Shown here: one piece after another, positions 14,541 to 27,552 of the stretch
Numbering within the stretch: the first letter of the stretch is position 1
Layout of the letters: every line of letters starts with the position of its first letter
DNA from: Camelus dromedarius
Taxonomy: Eukaryota
Assembly (NCBI RefSeq): GCF_036321535.1
Contig: NC_087436.1
Location: 37,884,001-37,948,000, forward strand
Length of the DNA stretch: 64,000 nucleotides
Reading direction: 5' to 3'
The notes under the pieces: generated by a model
The model's input: the letters and a program-made list of their open reading frames with translations, nothing else
Databases searched by the model: none
Told to the model about the DNA's origin: nothing
Made by a program: the position numbers and the translations under genes

Positions 14541-15613
14541 TAAACTGTGCAGCCTCCTTACACAGTGTTCTCATGCAGAGTTTGGCAAGCTTTTTCACTC
14601 TGTAGTTCATGCATCAGTTAACCGAGTCTGAGTATTTCCCAGGGCTTTAGATCATAGAACCTAACGGAGATTCCAGATCACTTGTGTGTTGACACGAGGG
14701 CTTTTTTTTCTCAGTATGGTAAATGAGGTTCAAGCATACCTTGTTCAGTTTCTATACATTTGGCTTTTTATTTACTTGCCTTTCTAGTTTTTTTGTATTT
14801 GTGCCAGTCTCCTGATGCCAACCATCTGTTGATTCTTTAATATTATAGCAACACAGGCTCTGTTTGTATTCAGTGTAGTTTACATTTTTATGTTTGCCAA
14901 GACCTTTTGCTGTTATTATGTAGTAAATTAAATGTGAGAACAATAGGCAGGCTAGAATTCTCTTTATGAGCAGCTTGATTTATTTGCATCTGAGTATATA
15001 AGCTGTGTGGTTATTTAGTTTTGGGTCTGTTTTAGTAACAAATTGTAGCTCTAATTTATGTTGAATATAAAAAAGTGGGTTTAATGAATTTTTTCTAAAG
15101 ATAGGGATGGTATGTCTACAAGTTAGAAACACTGGCGTACGTGTAGCTACTCTGCACACAATGGGGACTCTCCAAACACTACTGAAAGTTTGCATAAAAT
15201 TCTGCCTGAGAAATTCCATATTTTCTTTTTATATAAAGAAGATTAATGCTCATGGACTTGAATAAATTCCTTTTAATGGTTTGGCCCATAATTTCCTTAC
15301 TGTATGATAAATGACCACTCTGAAAGTACTTTGTTCTTTGAAGAATTTTTAGGACAGTTTAGATAATTAATGTTTTGATGTGCATATTTGTTATTTTTTA
15401 ACTTTTGATTAACAAATCATGTTTTTAAAACATTTTTCCTTCTGTCTGGCCCTAGAGATCAGTTGAAACACATATTCTTTCGTCCACATTAAAGATGGTA
15501 ACTTTGTACTTTATAAATAGACCTTTCAAAACCTGAAGGAGGGCAGTTGCATGTTGTCTCCAATTTGCATATTCATAAGTAGATTGCAAGTGACCTAAAG
15601 AGAAATGTATTCT

Positions 15614-15708
15614 TTTTACAAATTGCTTTTAAATGGAGGTACTAGGGATTGAACCCAGGTTCATGCATGCTAAGCATGTGCTCTACCACTGAGCTATTCC
15701 CACCCCCC
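15614..15708 (-). mobile_element. tRNA-Ala-derived SINE (resembles camelid vic-1 type)
   Basis: The reverse complement has an A box TAGCTCAGTGG, an Ala(AGC)-like loop CTTAGCATG, a B box GGTTCAATCC and an A-rich tail. TSD aatgtattct at 15604-15613 and 15713-15722. Confidence 0.85.
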
Positions 15709-16057
15709 AAGGAATGTATTCTGATGTAGAGACTGTAGATCTTACTAATGTGCCCTGTTTTTATCTACCGGCTTCACTTCCAGGTCAAAGAGAATGTGGG
15801 AGTTGCTCTCCACAAAGAAAATATGTTTTCTTAGGACTTGTAGTGCCAAAAAGCACTTTTATAAACTGTCTACTATCCATGCAAACTTTTACAAATTTAG
15901 CACAGTAAGGATAAGTTCCCAGGTAAATTAGCACGTTTTTCTTTAATTCTGTGGTTCTGTACCATTGCCAGAGCATCTGTCATCATTCTGATACATTTAT
16001 GTCATCTCTGTGGAGAAAAAGGACTCTAATGGGTTGACTGATTAACTCATTTTAATC

Positions 16058-16369
16058 TCTAGACCCATAGACTTTTACCTGAAAATCAGAAATATAAAAA
16101 GCTTCGAAAACCAAATTTCTTTTTTTTTTTTCAAATAACTTGTTTAGCAGCAGAACCTGACTTGAACTTACGTGAGGCCACTTACAGCCTTTTGTCTTTA
16201 TCCTACTTAGCATGACTATTCATACATAGATGTGTTTGTTTATGGGATGGTGCTCCAAACCCTGTAGAAAATGGTAGGTAAACATACTGTATGTATCATA
16301 TTACTTTTCTAAAATAATTTTAAAACATCAGCTTTCAAAACCATATGGTTACAGAATTGTGATATTGTA
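16058..16369. mobile_element. Tigger-family non-autonomous element (MER46C-like)
   Basis: Recalled similarity of gcagaacctgacttgaactt...tttatcctacttag...tattacttttctaaaat. Confidence 0.55.
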
Positions 16370-17444
16370 TAGGAAATTTCCAATTCTTGTTTAGGGAAAA
16401 GCCCAAGAACTATAGATATTCTGGAGTAGAGACCTGTTAAAGGTAACTGTAACTGGGTAACAATAGATGAGAAAAGTAGCTGATTTTAGACTCAGTAAGG
16501 GACTTTTTGTTAATGAAGGTAAAATCTTATGAACTCATGATACAGAACATGATAATACCCACATGTCTAAGTTGTTCTGACTTGCAGGATTTCATTGCAG
16601 GCAACTTTCCAAAGTTGTTTCCATTTCCCCCAGTGATCACATTTGGAAGATGAAGTCCTGGGTCTAGTGAACTGGTCATTAGAGTTTAATATTAGGGTTT
16701 TTGTATGTGCATGGGACAAGTTTTTCTCATTTTTGTGCTAATAGCTGCCAGTAAAATGAGGTATCTCTGGATAAAGAAGGTGTTTTTGTCACTTTGTAAT
16801 TTTAGATGATTTACCTTAAAAGGTAGTTTGTTGCAAAATTAAAGACACTCCCTTGGGGAAAGCCCTAGGTTTATAAGCACACTTTAAAAAACTCAAACCA
16901 ATGTCATATAATACCCTTTGAGCTTCAATTTCCCCAACTTCTTCTCTTTAGTATATTCTACATCTGTAGTTTTAATGGCTTAATATGTCTTTATGAGGTG
17001 AAAAAGTAATAGAAAAATATTTATGGTCAATAGTTTCCTTATGTGTTAAATTCTTGATACAAATTTGATATCTCTATATACACTAGTGAAAGTATACTCA
17101 GACAGCTCTATAATAAATGTAAAAAACCCCATAAGTTGAAGTTTAAGATTTGGAGAAAACTGATAAAATGGGAAATATGGAAACTTTTTTATTTTATAAG
17201 AGGAACTGATTATCTCCATAACCCAAGTATTAGCATTAAATTTAAAAAGAGTATGTGGTAGGTCTCTTCCCTATCCGTTCTCTTCCCTTCTTTTATTTAA
17301 TATAAGACTAAATTCCTTACGAAACATATGTTTATGTTATATTTAAAGACATTTGCATTCTCTTTACAAAATTAAGATTACTTGTAGATTATAAATCATC
17401 ATCTATCATCTCATCTAAAGTGAAAGAAGCATGAAAATAAAGGC

Positions 17445-17620
17445 CTCTCTTGGTCCTGCAGCTTCAAGGAACTGGAGTTTGTCCAACAACCTGAGTGCAC
17501 TTGGAAGCGGCAGATTCATGCATGGAGCCTTCTCCATAAACCCTAAGCAGAAAATTCCATCAGGCTCATCCGGATTTCTGACCTATAGAGCTATGAGATA
17601 AGAAATGGGTATTATTTCCC
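17445..17620 (+). mobile_element. MLT1 LTR fragment
   Basis: caaggaactg...ccaacaacctgagtgcacttggaagc and gatttctgacctatagagctatgagataa motifs. Confidence 0.65.
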
Positions 17621-18240
17621 AGTTGAATCATCTTCCCCAGTTTCTACTCTCCCTCCATGCAGCAGTATCTTGTTACCGAGAAGCTGATGCCTCCCGGGTT
17701 GGGTCCTGATTAGTGATTGCCTTTAAAGTTTCTGTTAGATGAAGCACAAAGCTTCCTAATTGATGCATTTCCCATTTATTTCCTGTGATTTCTCTGATTT
17801 TATTGCTTGAACCACCAGATTTAAGTCCCATCACCCTTTATTGACTGTGTCTTCCCAACCCGATTTACCAACACCATTCATCTTGCCTCCTCTGCACAGA
17901 ATGACCAAGCTGCTCAACTGTTCTTTCATCGGGATAATGTTCTCTACAGTGGAGTCGAATCTTATGCAGGGCTTAGGTTCTGAAACCAGTTCATAAGGCA
18001 ACAATCTCATGTCATTAAAATTATGGGCCATGAAAAAGAATGGTCCTTACTATTTAAATTTATTTTCTTTCTTTGATCTTTCTGATTTATTTTTTCCTTT
18101 CATTGAGTGGATGTAGTTTAATTTTTGTAAGGTAAATAAGAGTATGATAAAATTCTGTTGGCCTTGAAATGGCTTTCTACCTCTTCTGTTGACAAATTTG
18201 TGTGCCATTCATTTCAGCAACTAGAACTAAACTCATCTTG

Positions 18241-18779
18241 TGTGTTGGGGATTCCCAGGACCACCCTCGCACTCAGAGATTCACTAGACGGACTTATGGG
18301 ACTCAGCATGTAGTTGTAAGCATGGCTAAGATTTATTTCAGTGATCTCATAAAGGAAACAAGGCACAGGCAGAGTCTGGAGGAACCATGTATAGATTTCC
18401 TTATGCTCTCTCCCTCCCAGGAGGGGTCACACAGAGCACACTCTTCTCCCAGTAATGAAAAAGCAGCCACACACACACGATGTTCCCTGCAAGGAAGCCA
18501 TTAGAAATTCAGTATCCAACACTTTTAATGGGGGCTTGTAGGCACCTTCTGGCTAGTATGTACCAAAATTCCAGATTCCCAGAAGAAAAGCAGGTGTTTG
18601 GCATAAACCGTATTGTCAGCACTGTCTGGGAACAGTGAACTACCCTTATCCATTAACTGTCGACTGGGAGCACCCTGAGAACCCACGTTCCCGCATGCCA
18701 GCCATGCGCCAGCCTTCCTTCCAGGCAGGCCTCATCAACGTAACAGTCTGAAGCCTGCTGTGCTCACTCCTTTTGCACA
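18241..18779. mobile_element. Solo LTR, MER21-like
   Basis: TG...CA termini (tgtgttggggattcccaggaccacc ... ttttgcaca) with near-TSD tcttg/ccttg; ggactcagcat...catggctaagatttatt motif. Confidence 0.75.
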
Positions 18780-20639
18780 CCTTGTCTACTGAGAGCTTTT
18801 CCTAGCACACTCTTTTCTAACATTTTCTTTTCACTCTGGTCCATCGTCCGGACCTGGCACTGTGTTACTGTATACCCGTGTGTGCTAAGTGCTTTTGAGA
18901 TGAAGTTCATCTGTATCTCTACTTTTTAATAATCAAGCATTGTTTTGTGAGTTTAAAACAAATTGGATTTTCTGTTTCCTTATTTATACTGAAGATGTTA
19001 AATAAAGGAATTATATTCTAGAATTTCATTTGTAGCTTCTCATAGCATATTTTAAAATAACCAATAAAGAACTGGATAGGATATGCCATTCAGTAAGAGT
19101 TGTTTACTGATAACTAACGTCAACCTTCTAGAACTCTTCAGCACAGAAGTACGATTGTTGGATGATTATGAGAAGGGAAACGATAAATCTTAGAGACTAG
19201 GAAATATTTGATTGCCTTAGGTGTATTCTTATACCAGAATAATTCATTTGTTTCTTTATGGGGTTGCATACATATTGAAGATGTGAATGAAGAGAGAACA
19301 GTTAATTTAAATGGGCTGTGCAGATTCAGTTTTAATTGCTGTAGAAAGCTGCATTTAGGAAAAATCTGAAAACAGTGACTGCACCTGTGGAGTTTGGGTT
19401 AGGAATTCCCAGAATTTTGATTCAGATCAGAATCAAAAGAAAAGTGGATTTTTTCTTTTTCATTTTTTCTCCCTGTGGTGCACAGTGTTCTTTTATTACT
19501 CAGTGTTTCTATAATCTTTGTCCAGAAGTTGTCAGATACAAAGCATCTTCTTTTAAAAACACTATCAAGACTATGATTTCTGGATCTTGGAGATTATCAT
19601 TGTTTTTTACATGACCAGCTCTTTGAAATGCTTTCGTGTCTGATGAATAGAATTTTGCTACTAAAATTTTCTCATTTTTGGCACATTTTTGTGTACACTT
19701 TCGATATGCCATGGGGGAAGTCCTCCAAAAGCTGACCTCAAGGCTTTAAGTCAGTGTAAGTCGCAGATCTATATTAAAAATTGAGCAACACTATAGACTC
19801 GTAAAACTTTAGCCAGATTTAAAGTTTGGTGAATCATTTCTGATGAATCTGATAGAAACTACCAAGCTGTCAAAAGACATGCGGACTTTTATTAATGTGG
19901 TTTTCTGATTCCTTGGTGAAACAGCACTTTACTTATAGAGAAGTTGTGATATTGACAAAATGAAAAAGTAAACAAAAAGCCACTACGTAGTTAAAATGGA
20001 TCATGCCACAGTATTTAAGCACTAACTCTTGTATGTTTTTTACACTCCCCCAAAGCTATGTGTATAATAAACTAGTGTTACCTAAGTTTACTTTATTCTT
20101 TATGCAACAAAAAACTGGTCTATTCAAAAATGTTGCTGAAATCTGACTGCCTGAACGTGTTTGTAAAACTGGAAAGGGACAGTGGCTGCACTGTGAAGGC
20201 TTTCTCATCAATTTACTCTGGAAAAGATGATGCGCTTTTCACTGCGTCTTTCACGTTGTCATGTCAGTTACTTCTTCTTTTAAAAAATTAGCACAATTTT
20301 AAACGTATTGGAAAGGCAAGACTTGGAGTGCTTTTAAAGTAAGTCTCTCATTACCTCTCATAAAATATTTTTGAACTTTTAAAGGAAGTAAAGGCAATGG
20401 TCGTTTAAGAAACGACACATTAGCTGAGCTTTTAGTGAATAAAATATTTATTGAGACAGTACCAAATGAAAGGTTTCCATCTCTTAGTGGTCAGGTGCCC
20501 AAGTCCAGGATTTGCTTAGCTACATAAACCTGACCCAGTTCCTCAGTTAAACTTGCCTTCAGGTCTTCCACGGTGTCAGGAGAACTTCCTTGATACAGGT
20601 TAGGTGATTAGAAAGGCAAGCTCAGCTAAACGTAAGATG

Positions 20640-20945
20640 TGGCAACCGAAAACGCTTTTGTGATTTGTAAATTGCATCAGCAGAAATAGTGCCCAGGTCA
20701 GAATAGTCCTTTGTGTGCTGTATTCTGTGCTGCGTGAGGAGAGCTTTGACAAATTAGTGTGCATCTTTAAGAGGGCAACCAGGATAGCAGAGGGACATAC
20801 ATCACATCAGACAAGGAGACAGTTATTTTCTTGTAGAAGAGAAAGTGTAGAGAAGGAGGGACTCCTGCCTTCAGAAATTTGAAGGGCTGTGCATGGGAAA
20901 GGAATTAAAACTACTGAAGAGGACAGAGCTGGAGCTGATGACAGT
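20640..20945 (+). mobile_element. CR1/L3 LINE remnant
   Basis: ttgacaaattag...aagagggcaaccaggat...ccttcagaaatttgaagggctgt motifs. Confidence 0.6.
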
Positions 20946-21709
20946 TGGTCACTGAGCAGCATGTTTGAATGTGGCCTAAGGAAGGGTGCCGGCTCAGCCG
21001 AGATGACGTCTGGTTTGCTCCTACCTTGTAATGGCACCTGCTCTTACTTCAGGTGTTCAGGCAGAGGCTATTTGTGTGTATTTGGGTTTGAATTAGGATA
21101 ACCTTCATGTTTGTTCCTGGAAAAAAGTTGACATGCAGTAAAGTACGTGTGTGCCCGGCTGTGGGCAGTATTTGTCTCTTAAGAGTGTCCATTAGTTGCT
21201 GTGAGCCTCGGTTTCCTCAGTGTGCTAGTACTTCATGATTGCAAAATACCCATTGGTATACAGAAGTCATGCATCTTATTCCATCTGATGCTCCCGTGGT
21301 GGTCTGTGGGGTCACAGAGCAGGGACTATCACCCCCACTTTAGAGGGCTGGAGAGCATGGCTCAGCTCAGCGAGAAGTGACTCACTCAACATGGTGCCAT
21401 CAGAGCTTCGCTCACATCTGGCTTTTTGATTCCTAGTCCAGCAGTTTTACCACTCCAGAATGCCTGCGTGCCTTCCAGCTTGAAATATTTAGGGCACTAA
21501 TTATTTGTAATGAAAAAGAGACTATTTTTCTCATCAGTCCTTTTAAGTTGTTTTGTGTATATTATGTTCTGGATGCTGTTCAGTAGAGAGGCATCTCTAA
21601 AAGCCTGTGTTCATCTGCTTTCCTGTCTGACGCTGGGGGGGGGGGAGTTTCTCTGGATTTGGATTATTAGATAGTATGGGGCGGAGAGCTAAGCAGATAT
21701 GCTACAGTG

Positions 21710-21712
<3 letters not shown>

Positions 21713-21754
<42 letters not shown>
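21713..21754. repeat. (TG)21 microsatellite
   Basis: Direct reading; a G11 run lies nearby at 21635-21645. Confidence 0.98.
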
Positions 21755-21757
<3 letters not shown>

Positions 21758-24700
21758 AAAAGTACCAAAGCTAGAAAGAATTTTAGACTGAATTCTTTGA
21801 AAAATCAACAGGAAAAAACTCACACTGTTTGCTTAGAAATTATAAATCATTACAGCTTTCACTGATGATCTTTGCTGATTTCTTAAAGTATGTCTCTCTT
21901 TGGCTTAAATCTGACAACAGTGTGCTGTCAGAACTGATTATTTGAGTACACTTAGTGTTCTGTGGTCCTTCGGTATTCAGAAGTCTGGGTAATTAAACTC
22001 TGAAGTCAGGGCATCTGGCCTTCCTTCAGTTAAAAACAGTTGCAGATAGAATGCCAGTGATTTAAATACAGAAATATGATGAAATTTTACACTCTAAAGG
22101 CATCCATACTATAAATCTTAGTGCTTAAAACTACCTTCTTTGAAAAGTCTTGTTGAAAGTCAGAAAGGGAAATATATTTTCATGACATATTGTGACTACT
22201 TATTAAGGATATTATTGCTATATTTTTTGGAACTGACTATATTTCACTGCCGTTACATTTTACCATATGTTAAATAAAATTCTGTTGGTTACATTTTGCC
22301 ACCTCTGGAGACAGATCTGGCTGATGAGCTTTACCCTGGGAACCCAGTGGCCTGTAGTGAATGAGAAATTCCTCTGGCATTCAAAAATAATTGAAGAAAA
22401 ATCATAGAGAAACATTGTAGACCCTTCTACTGTGAAAATGAACCATCCAAATAATAAATAAGCTTCTCTGTTTATAGTTGACCCAATTTAACAAAGAAAA
22501 TACTTAAATTTAAGGCAAAAATTTGTTTGCATATTTGATTTGATACGTATTTCCAGTTTTTCCTTTCATCTACATATTAGGGTTTTCCTTTGTTGAGCTG
22601 AATCTTTTTGTGATTTCCTCTATCCTTTGCTGGGTGGGAAGAAAAATTGATGGTGACTTATGTTCATTGTTTATAATGTTTAGTCTGGAAAGAAAAGACA
22701 GAGCCACAGTAGCACATTGTCTTGGACACTTGAAAAGTAGCGTCAGTAGCATCTGACAGAGACTAGAACTGCCGAGTTCCTGCACAGTGATAACTGTTAT
22801 TTAATATACAGTGACAAAGTCCTAGAGATATGAATGGCTAGACTGAAGCAGGAAGATTTTCATTCCTCTTCCTACTTTAGCTAATTTTTTCTGTGTAACT
22901 GGCTTAGGAAGACTGTGCAAATCAAACAGAGTTTGGAATTGAGATGGTTTTTATTGCAAGATGAGAATTTGACTTCATTACAGGCCCCAGGTTTTTGGAA
23001 GACAGTCCTCAGTGGGACAGAAACCAATACACTTCATTTCCATGAAAATTCAAATAGAAGAAGATGATATTTGGAAGACTAGTTTTGAAAGAAAAAAAAT
23101 ACAAATTGGCTGCAAAGATGATACTGGAACATGGAACATGATACTAAGAGGAATTCTGAATCTTCTTTATTCATTAGACGTTAAAAATGTTCAATGTATT
23201 ACTTCAGGGTTCAGAATCAAGTTAAAATAGATAAATGGGGACTTTAATAACAGCCATCTGTCTAGGAGGTTTTTTTGCTTTGGTTTCCCTGGAAAGAGGA
23301 GGGATGGATTAAATTATCTTTGGAGATCTCTTTTAGATATTTCAATGCAGGCAGTGCTGTGGTTGTAGGGTAGGAAGATAAAAGTCATGTGAGCAGATAA
23401 TCTAACAGCGTCAGTGAAGTGTTGAAGACTGGGATGGAGGATTGAGGACGCAATCAGCCACTTGAAAGCTGGAGAAAACAGGTAGCCTGTGGAGACCGCG
23501 TAGGAACTTAGAGTCATTTGGGTAAGGATGTTTAGAATAAAATAAATGGGCAGCAGCTCTGTTAATGAACAGAAAAAGTTATCTCAAAGATGAATGTGTG
23601 GGCCACTGCAGTATATCACGAGTGTTGTGAAAATATAAGTAATAGTATGTAAATGTAGATTATTGAAAGTGATGAATCTTGTAAGAATTTGAATATAAAA
23701 TTCAACTGTGCGTGCCTCGTAAGGTGGAATATGATGTAAGAAGGTAATAAACATCCAGAATGTGCATACATCCATGGGATGTATGGAAATGAGCTACTGA
23801 GTCACTGAACACAGTTGGAGCCAAAGTGCTGAAGTGTATAAAGAACAAAACTGCCCCTGGTTAAATGGGCTTACAATAATAAGTCACGGAGAAACCTTTG
23901 TTATGTTTCACATCTTTGAAGAAGGAATTTGAAGTGTCAAACACTTCTGATGTATGTTGTACTTAATACTGGGGAACAAATGTATGGCTAAGAAGGGCCA
24001 TAACTAGTTTCTGTAAGTAGTGCTAACCTTTCAAACTGAGCTATCCCGTGGGCAGGCACAACAGCGGTGTTCCCCTGTGTAAAATTGGTTGGGTTTGTGT
24101 GGATTTCAATGACAGTGGTGGACTTAAAATTTCAGTTCTGAAGACATTTTCCTTTCGGGTATCTAGTGGCATTGCTACCTGTTCTGCTTAATTTAGCAGC
24201 TGGTCTATAAAAATCATTTTGTTACTGTTGCTGTAGAGGAACCTGGAAAGGAGACTTCATACCTGGATGTTTAAAATTACTTATTTTACTCTGCTTAAAG
24301 GAATGTGAACTGGGGTCTCCTTTGAAGAAAATATAGAGCATCCTTTCTATCTATCCTAGCAGTGTGGCTGGACATCTTTGGCATTACCTGGATGGCAGTG
24401 AGGGTTCCGAGTTGACAGATAAGCAGGGAGGCAGGGCAACTTTCAGGCACCTCCCAAAGCAGATGTTTTCAACGTGAGTTTGTTATTTAATGAGAAGGGT
24501 TAACAAATTCCCATAGCTTCACACCTAAACTGATGAGACATAAATATGAGGTATTTATAGTCCTAAGTCCTTTTAGCAATTACAGTATCGAAAATTAAAT
24601 CCCTTGTTCCAGTGAGGGTGTGCCATTTCATTAGAGAGATTTTTAAATGATCAACTGAGGATCCTTGGGCATTTGAGAACTCAGGAATTGTTTGAGAGAC

Positions 24701-24849
24701 GTGGCAGATACAAGATCTTAGGAGCAGGCTAACTGTGTTTTTTCCCAGACAAGATATGTTAGAATCTTGAAACATCAGTCTTTGCAGTGCATGGTGCAGA
24801 TGTTTTTGTACAACAGAGTTTGGGTAACCTGACCTCTAGGGATGGCTTC

Positions 24850-25350
24850 CCGGCCTGCAGGCCAGTGCGTGATCCGGCCTGTGCCAGTCTGCCTGATCTC
24901 AGCACCCACCCTTTTCCTAGTTGCTCCTTCTGTTCCAGCCTCATGGCCTCCTTGCTGTTCCTAATTTGCTTCCAACACTGGCCCTTTCTATCTGCCTTTT
25001 ACCGGCTGGTCCCTCTAGCCTGGGAACGCTCTTTCCCGAGCCCCCAGCCCACCGCACTCCCGGCCTGTGCCCTCCCTTCATTTAGAGCTCCTTACAGGTC
25101 ACCTCGTCAGACAGGCTCTGCCTGACCCCCTCACATGGCAGAGCGCCTCTGCCCTCACTCTACATGCTCCTCCTGTGCTGTCGGTGTCTTCACAGCACTT
25201 ACCTTTACCTGAAGTGACTCTCTGTGCTTGTTTGCTCTGAAGTGCTATGAGGTCGGGCTTCATCTGTCTTGTTCACGGAGAGATTTCCAGTGCCTTAGCA
25301 GTGCCTGGTACCGCCCTACGGACTCAGCATGTGTTCAGTGAATGAATGAT
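24850..25350 (+). mobile_element. L2 3' end
   Basis: tctgtcttgttcac...ccagtgccttagcagtgcctgg...ctcagcatgtgttcagtgaatgaatga terminus. Confidence 0.75.
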
Positions 25351-26305
25351 TGTCCAAATGTATCATGAAAATATATACTTCATTAGGCTGGTTGTGTCTT
25401 ATTTTATAAAATAAAATTTGGGGAATCTGGAATTTTTCCCCACCCCAAGTGAGTTGAGAGCCCTTCTGTTTGTGTTACTTGGTGTTGGAGATCTAAGTGC
25501 TACTCACTTATCCCTCCCTCTCCTCTCCTCAGCCCCACTTGAGTGTAAACGCATTCACAGAGTGAGCATTAGGTAGAGATTGGCACAGTTTTTTAAACTG
25601 AGCAGGTGCCCACCACCCTAGAATGCAGGGGATTTGAGAAACAAGATTCGAAACAGCTTGGATTCAAGAATGTCCAATGGATGACCTGATCCTTCTGCAG
25701 TTACCTGCCCTCCCGCAATTGAAAGTCGGGTAGATCTGACCAGAAGGGCTTATGGCATGAGACAAAAACCAGAGAGCCCGCAGTGCTTCTCAGCAAGACG
25801 TGAGCAGGCCATGAAAAGACAAAATGGAACTTAGCTTATTCATCCACTAGTTAAAAATATGAAACTGTGGCCCAGTGGATGTCAGATTCTGCTGGTTAGA
25901 TTAGCACATTCTCCTCATAGGGGAATGATTCAGTAAGCAGGTGGAGAGAGAAACTGAAAGGGTTATTCGAGCCCCACCCCTCCCACTTGGGGAACCCAGC
26001 AGTACTACCCTCTTCTGCGGAAGAAAGGGGTGGGCTGTGATTGTAGTCATCCCCTGAACAATTGCAATTGCAACACATTTATTAAAATGCAACTACAAAT
26101 AAAAACTTTGACCAGAAAAGAGCTATCAACACAGGATGTTTCTGAGAGTTGATTGCAATTGTGAGTCATCCAGACATCTGCCAAGTGAAAGAGGAGGTTC
26201 TATTTGGATGTACGTCTAAGGGGAGGAATGCATCTCTTCAACACCTGCAAATAAGAAAGGTGATACTTAATGAAAAAAATATTATGTTGTTTTTAGTATG
26301 GCTAA

Positions 26306-26533
<228 letters not shown>

Positions 26534-26928
26534 TGAACTCATTTATAACTGTACTCCTGGTTTTAAATTTATTTCCCAATGACCTGTTTCACATAACAGT
26601 AACTAACTCATGAAAGCAGGGGAATCTCATCTAGTCAGCGTATGCAGCGTATTGCCCTTTCGGGCAAGCTGGGCTGTAAACTGACACCAGATCACTCACT
26701 CTATGAGAATTCTTGAGGGAATGAATTACATGGTCTGATATTGTCCTTGGCAGATTCTGCTTTCAAGTACTTTTAATTCATTCAGTGAATGTTTATTGGT
26801 AGCTTTTCTGTTTGATGGTTTATTTGGCTTATAGCACAATATTCTCTGTTATTGTTTAGGAAAGGCTTCACGCAGAGAGCTTACTTGGGTATATCCCCAC
26901 AACTGTACTTTGAGCTTCTTGAGGGTAG

Positions 26929-27552
26929 TGTGTTAGTCAGGGTTCTCAGAGAAACAACCAATATGATCTGTATGTCTATATCTATGTCTATATCTGTGTC
27001 TATGATGCCTGTCTATCTGTCTGTCTATCTATCTATCCATCCATCCATCCATCTGTCCCTCCCGAGAGACATTTATAATAAGGAATTGGCTTATGTGGTT
27101 ACGGAGGCTGGCAAGTCCAAAATCTGCAGAGCCAATGTCGCACTTTGAGTCCAAAGGCACAGACTAGGCTACTGGAACACGAGAAAGAGCTGATGGATTA
27201 GTTCAGGTCTAAGGACTGGAAGGCTGCTGTAGGATCAGGAAGAGCCAATGCCCCACTTGAAAGGCTGTCAGGCCTGAAGAGTGGATGTTCCAGGGTAAAG
27301 GCCATCAGGCAGGAGAATCCTCTCTTACTCGAGGGAGCGACAGACACCCTTTTGTTCTTTTCAGGCCTTCAGTGGATTGGACAAGGCTTACCCACATTGT
27401 ATGGGGCAATGTACTTTACTCAATCAAGTCCCTGTAGTTAAATGTTATTCTCATGCAAAAACACTCTCACAGAAACACCCAAAGTAATGTTTGAACAATT
27501 TCCTAGGGACCCTTATGGCCTAGTCAATTTGACACATAAAATTAACTGTCTA
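26929..27552 (-). mobile_element. ERV-L solo LTR, MLT2-like, inserted in an L2 3' end
   Basis: tgtgttagtcagggttctcagagaaac ... ttgacacataaaattaac; internal TCTA/TCCA repeat; L2-like flanks. Confidence 0.85.

Noticed and set aside
14266..14631. Overlapping Glu/Lys/Gly-rich and Ser/Pro/Leu-rich ORFs
   Set aside because: They arise from the stop-poor CT-rich low-complexity tract.
15634..15708. Functional tRNA-Ala gene
   Set aside because: TSDs, an A-rich tail, a shortened variable region and imperfect stems indicate a retroposed SINE.
19830..19900. Faint PX-domain-like peptide (YQAVKRHADFY) suggesting a pseudogene
   Set aside because: Too short, with no collinear flanking similarity; likely chance.
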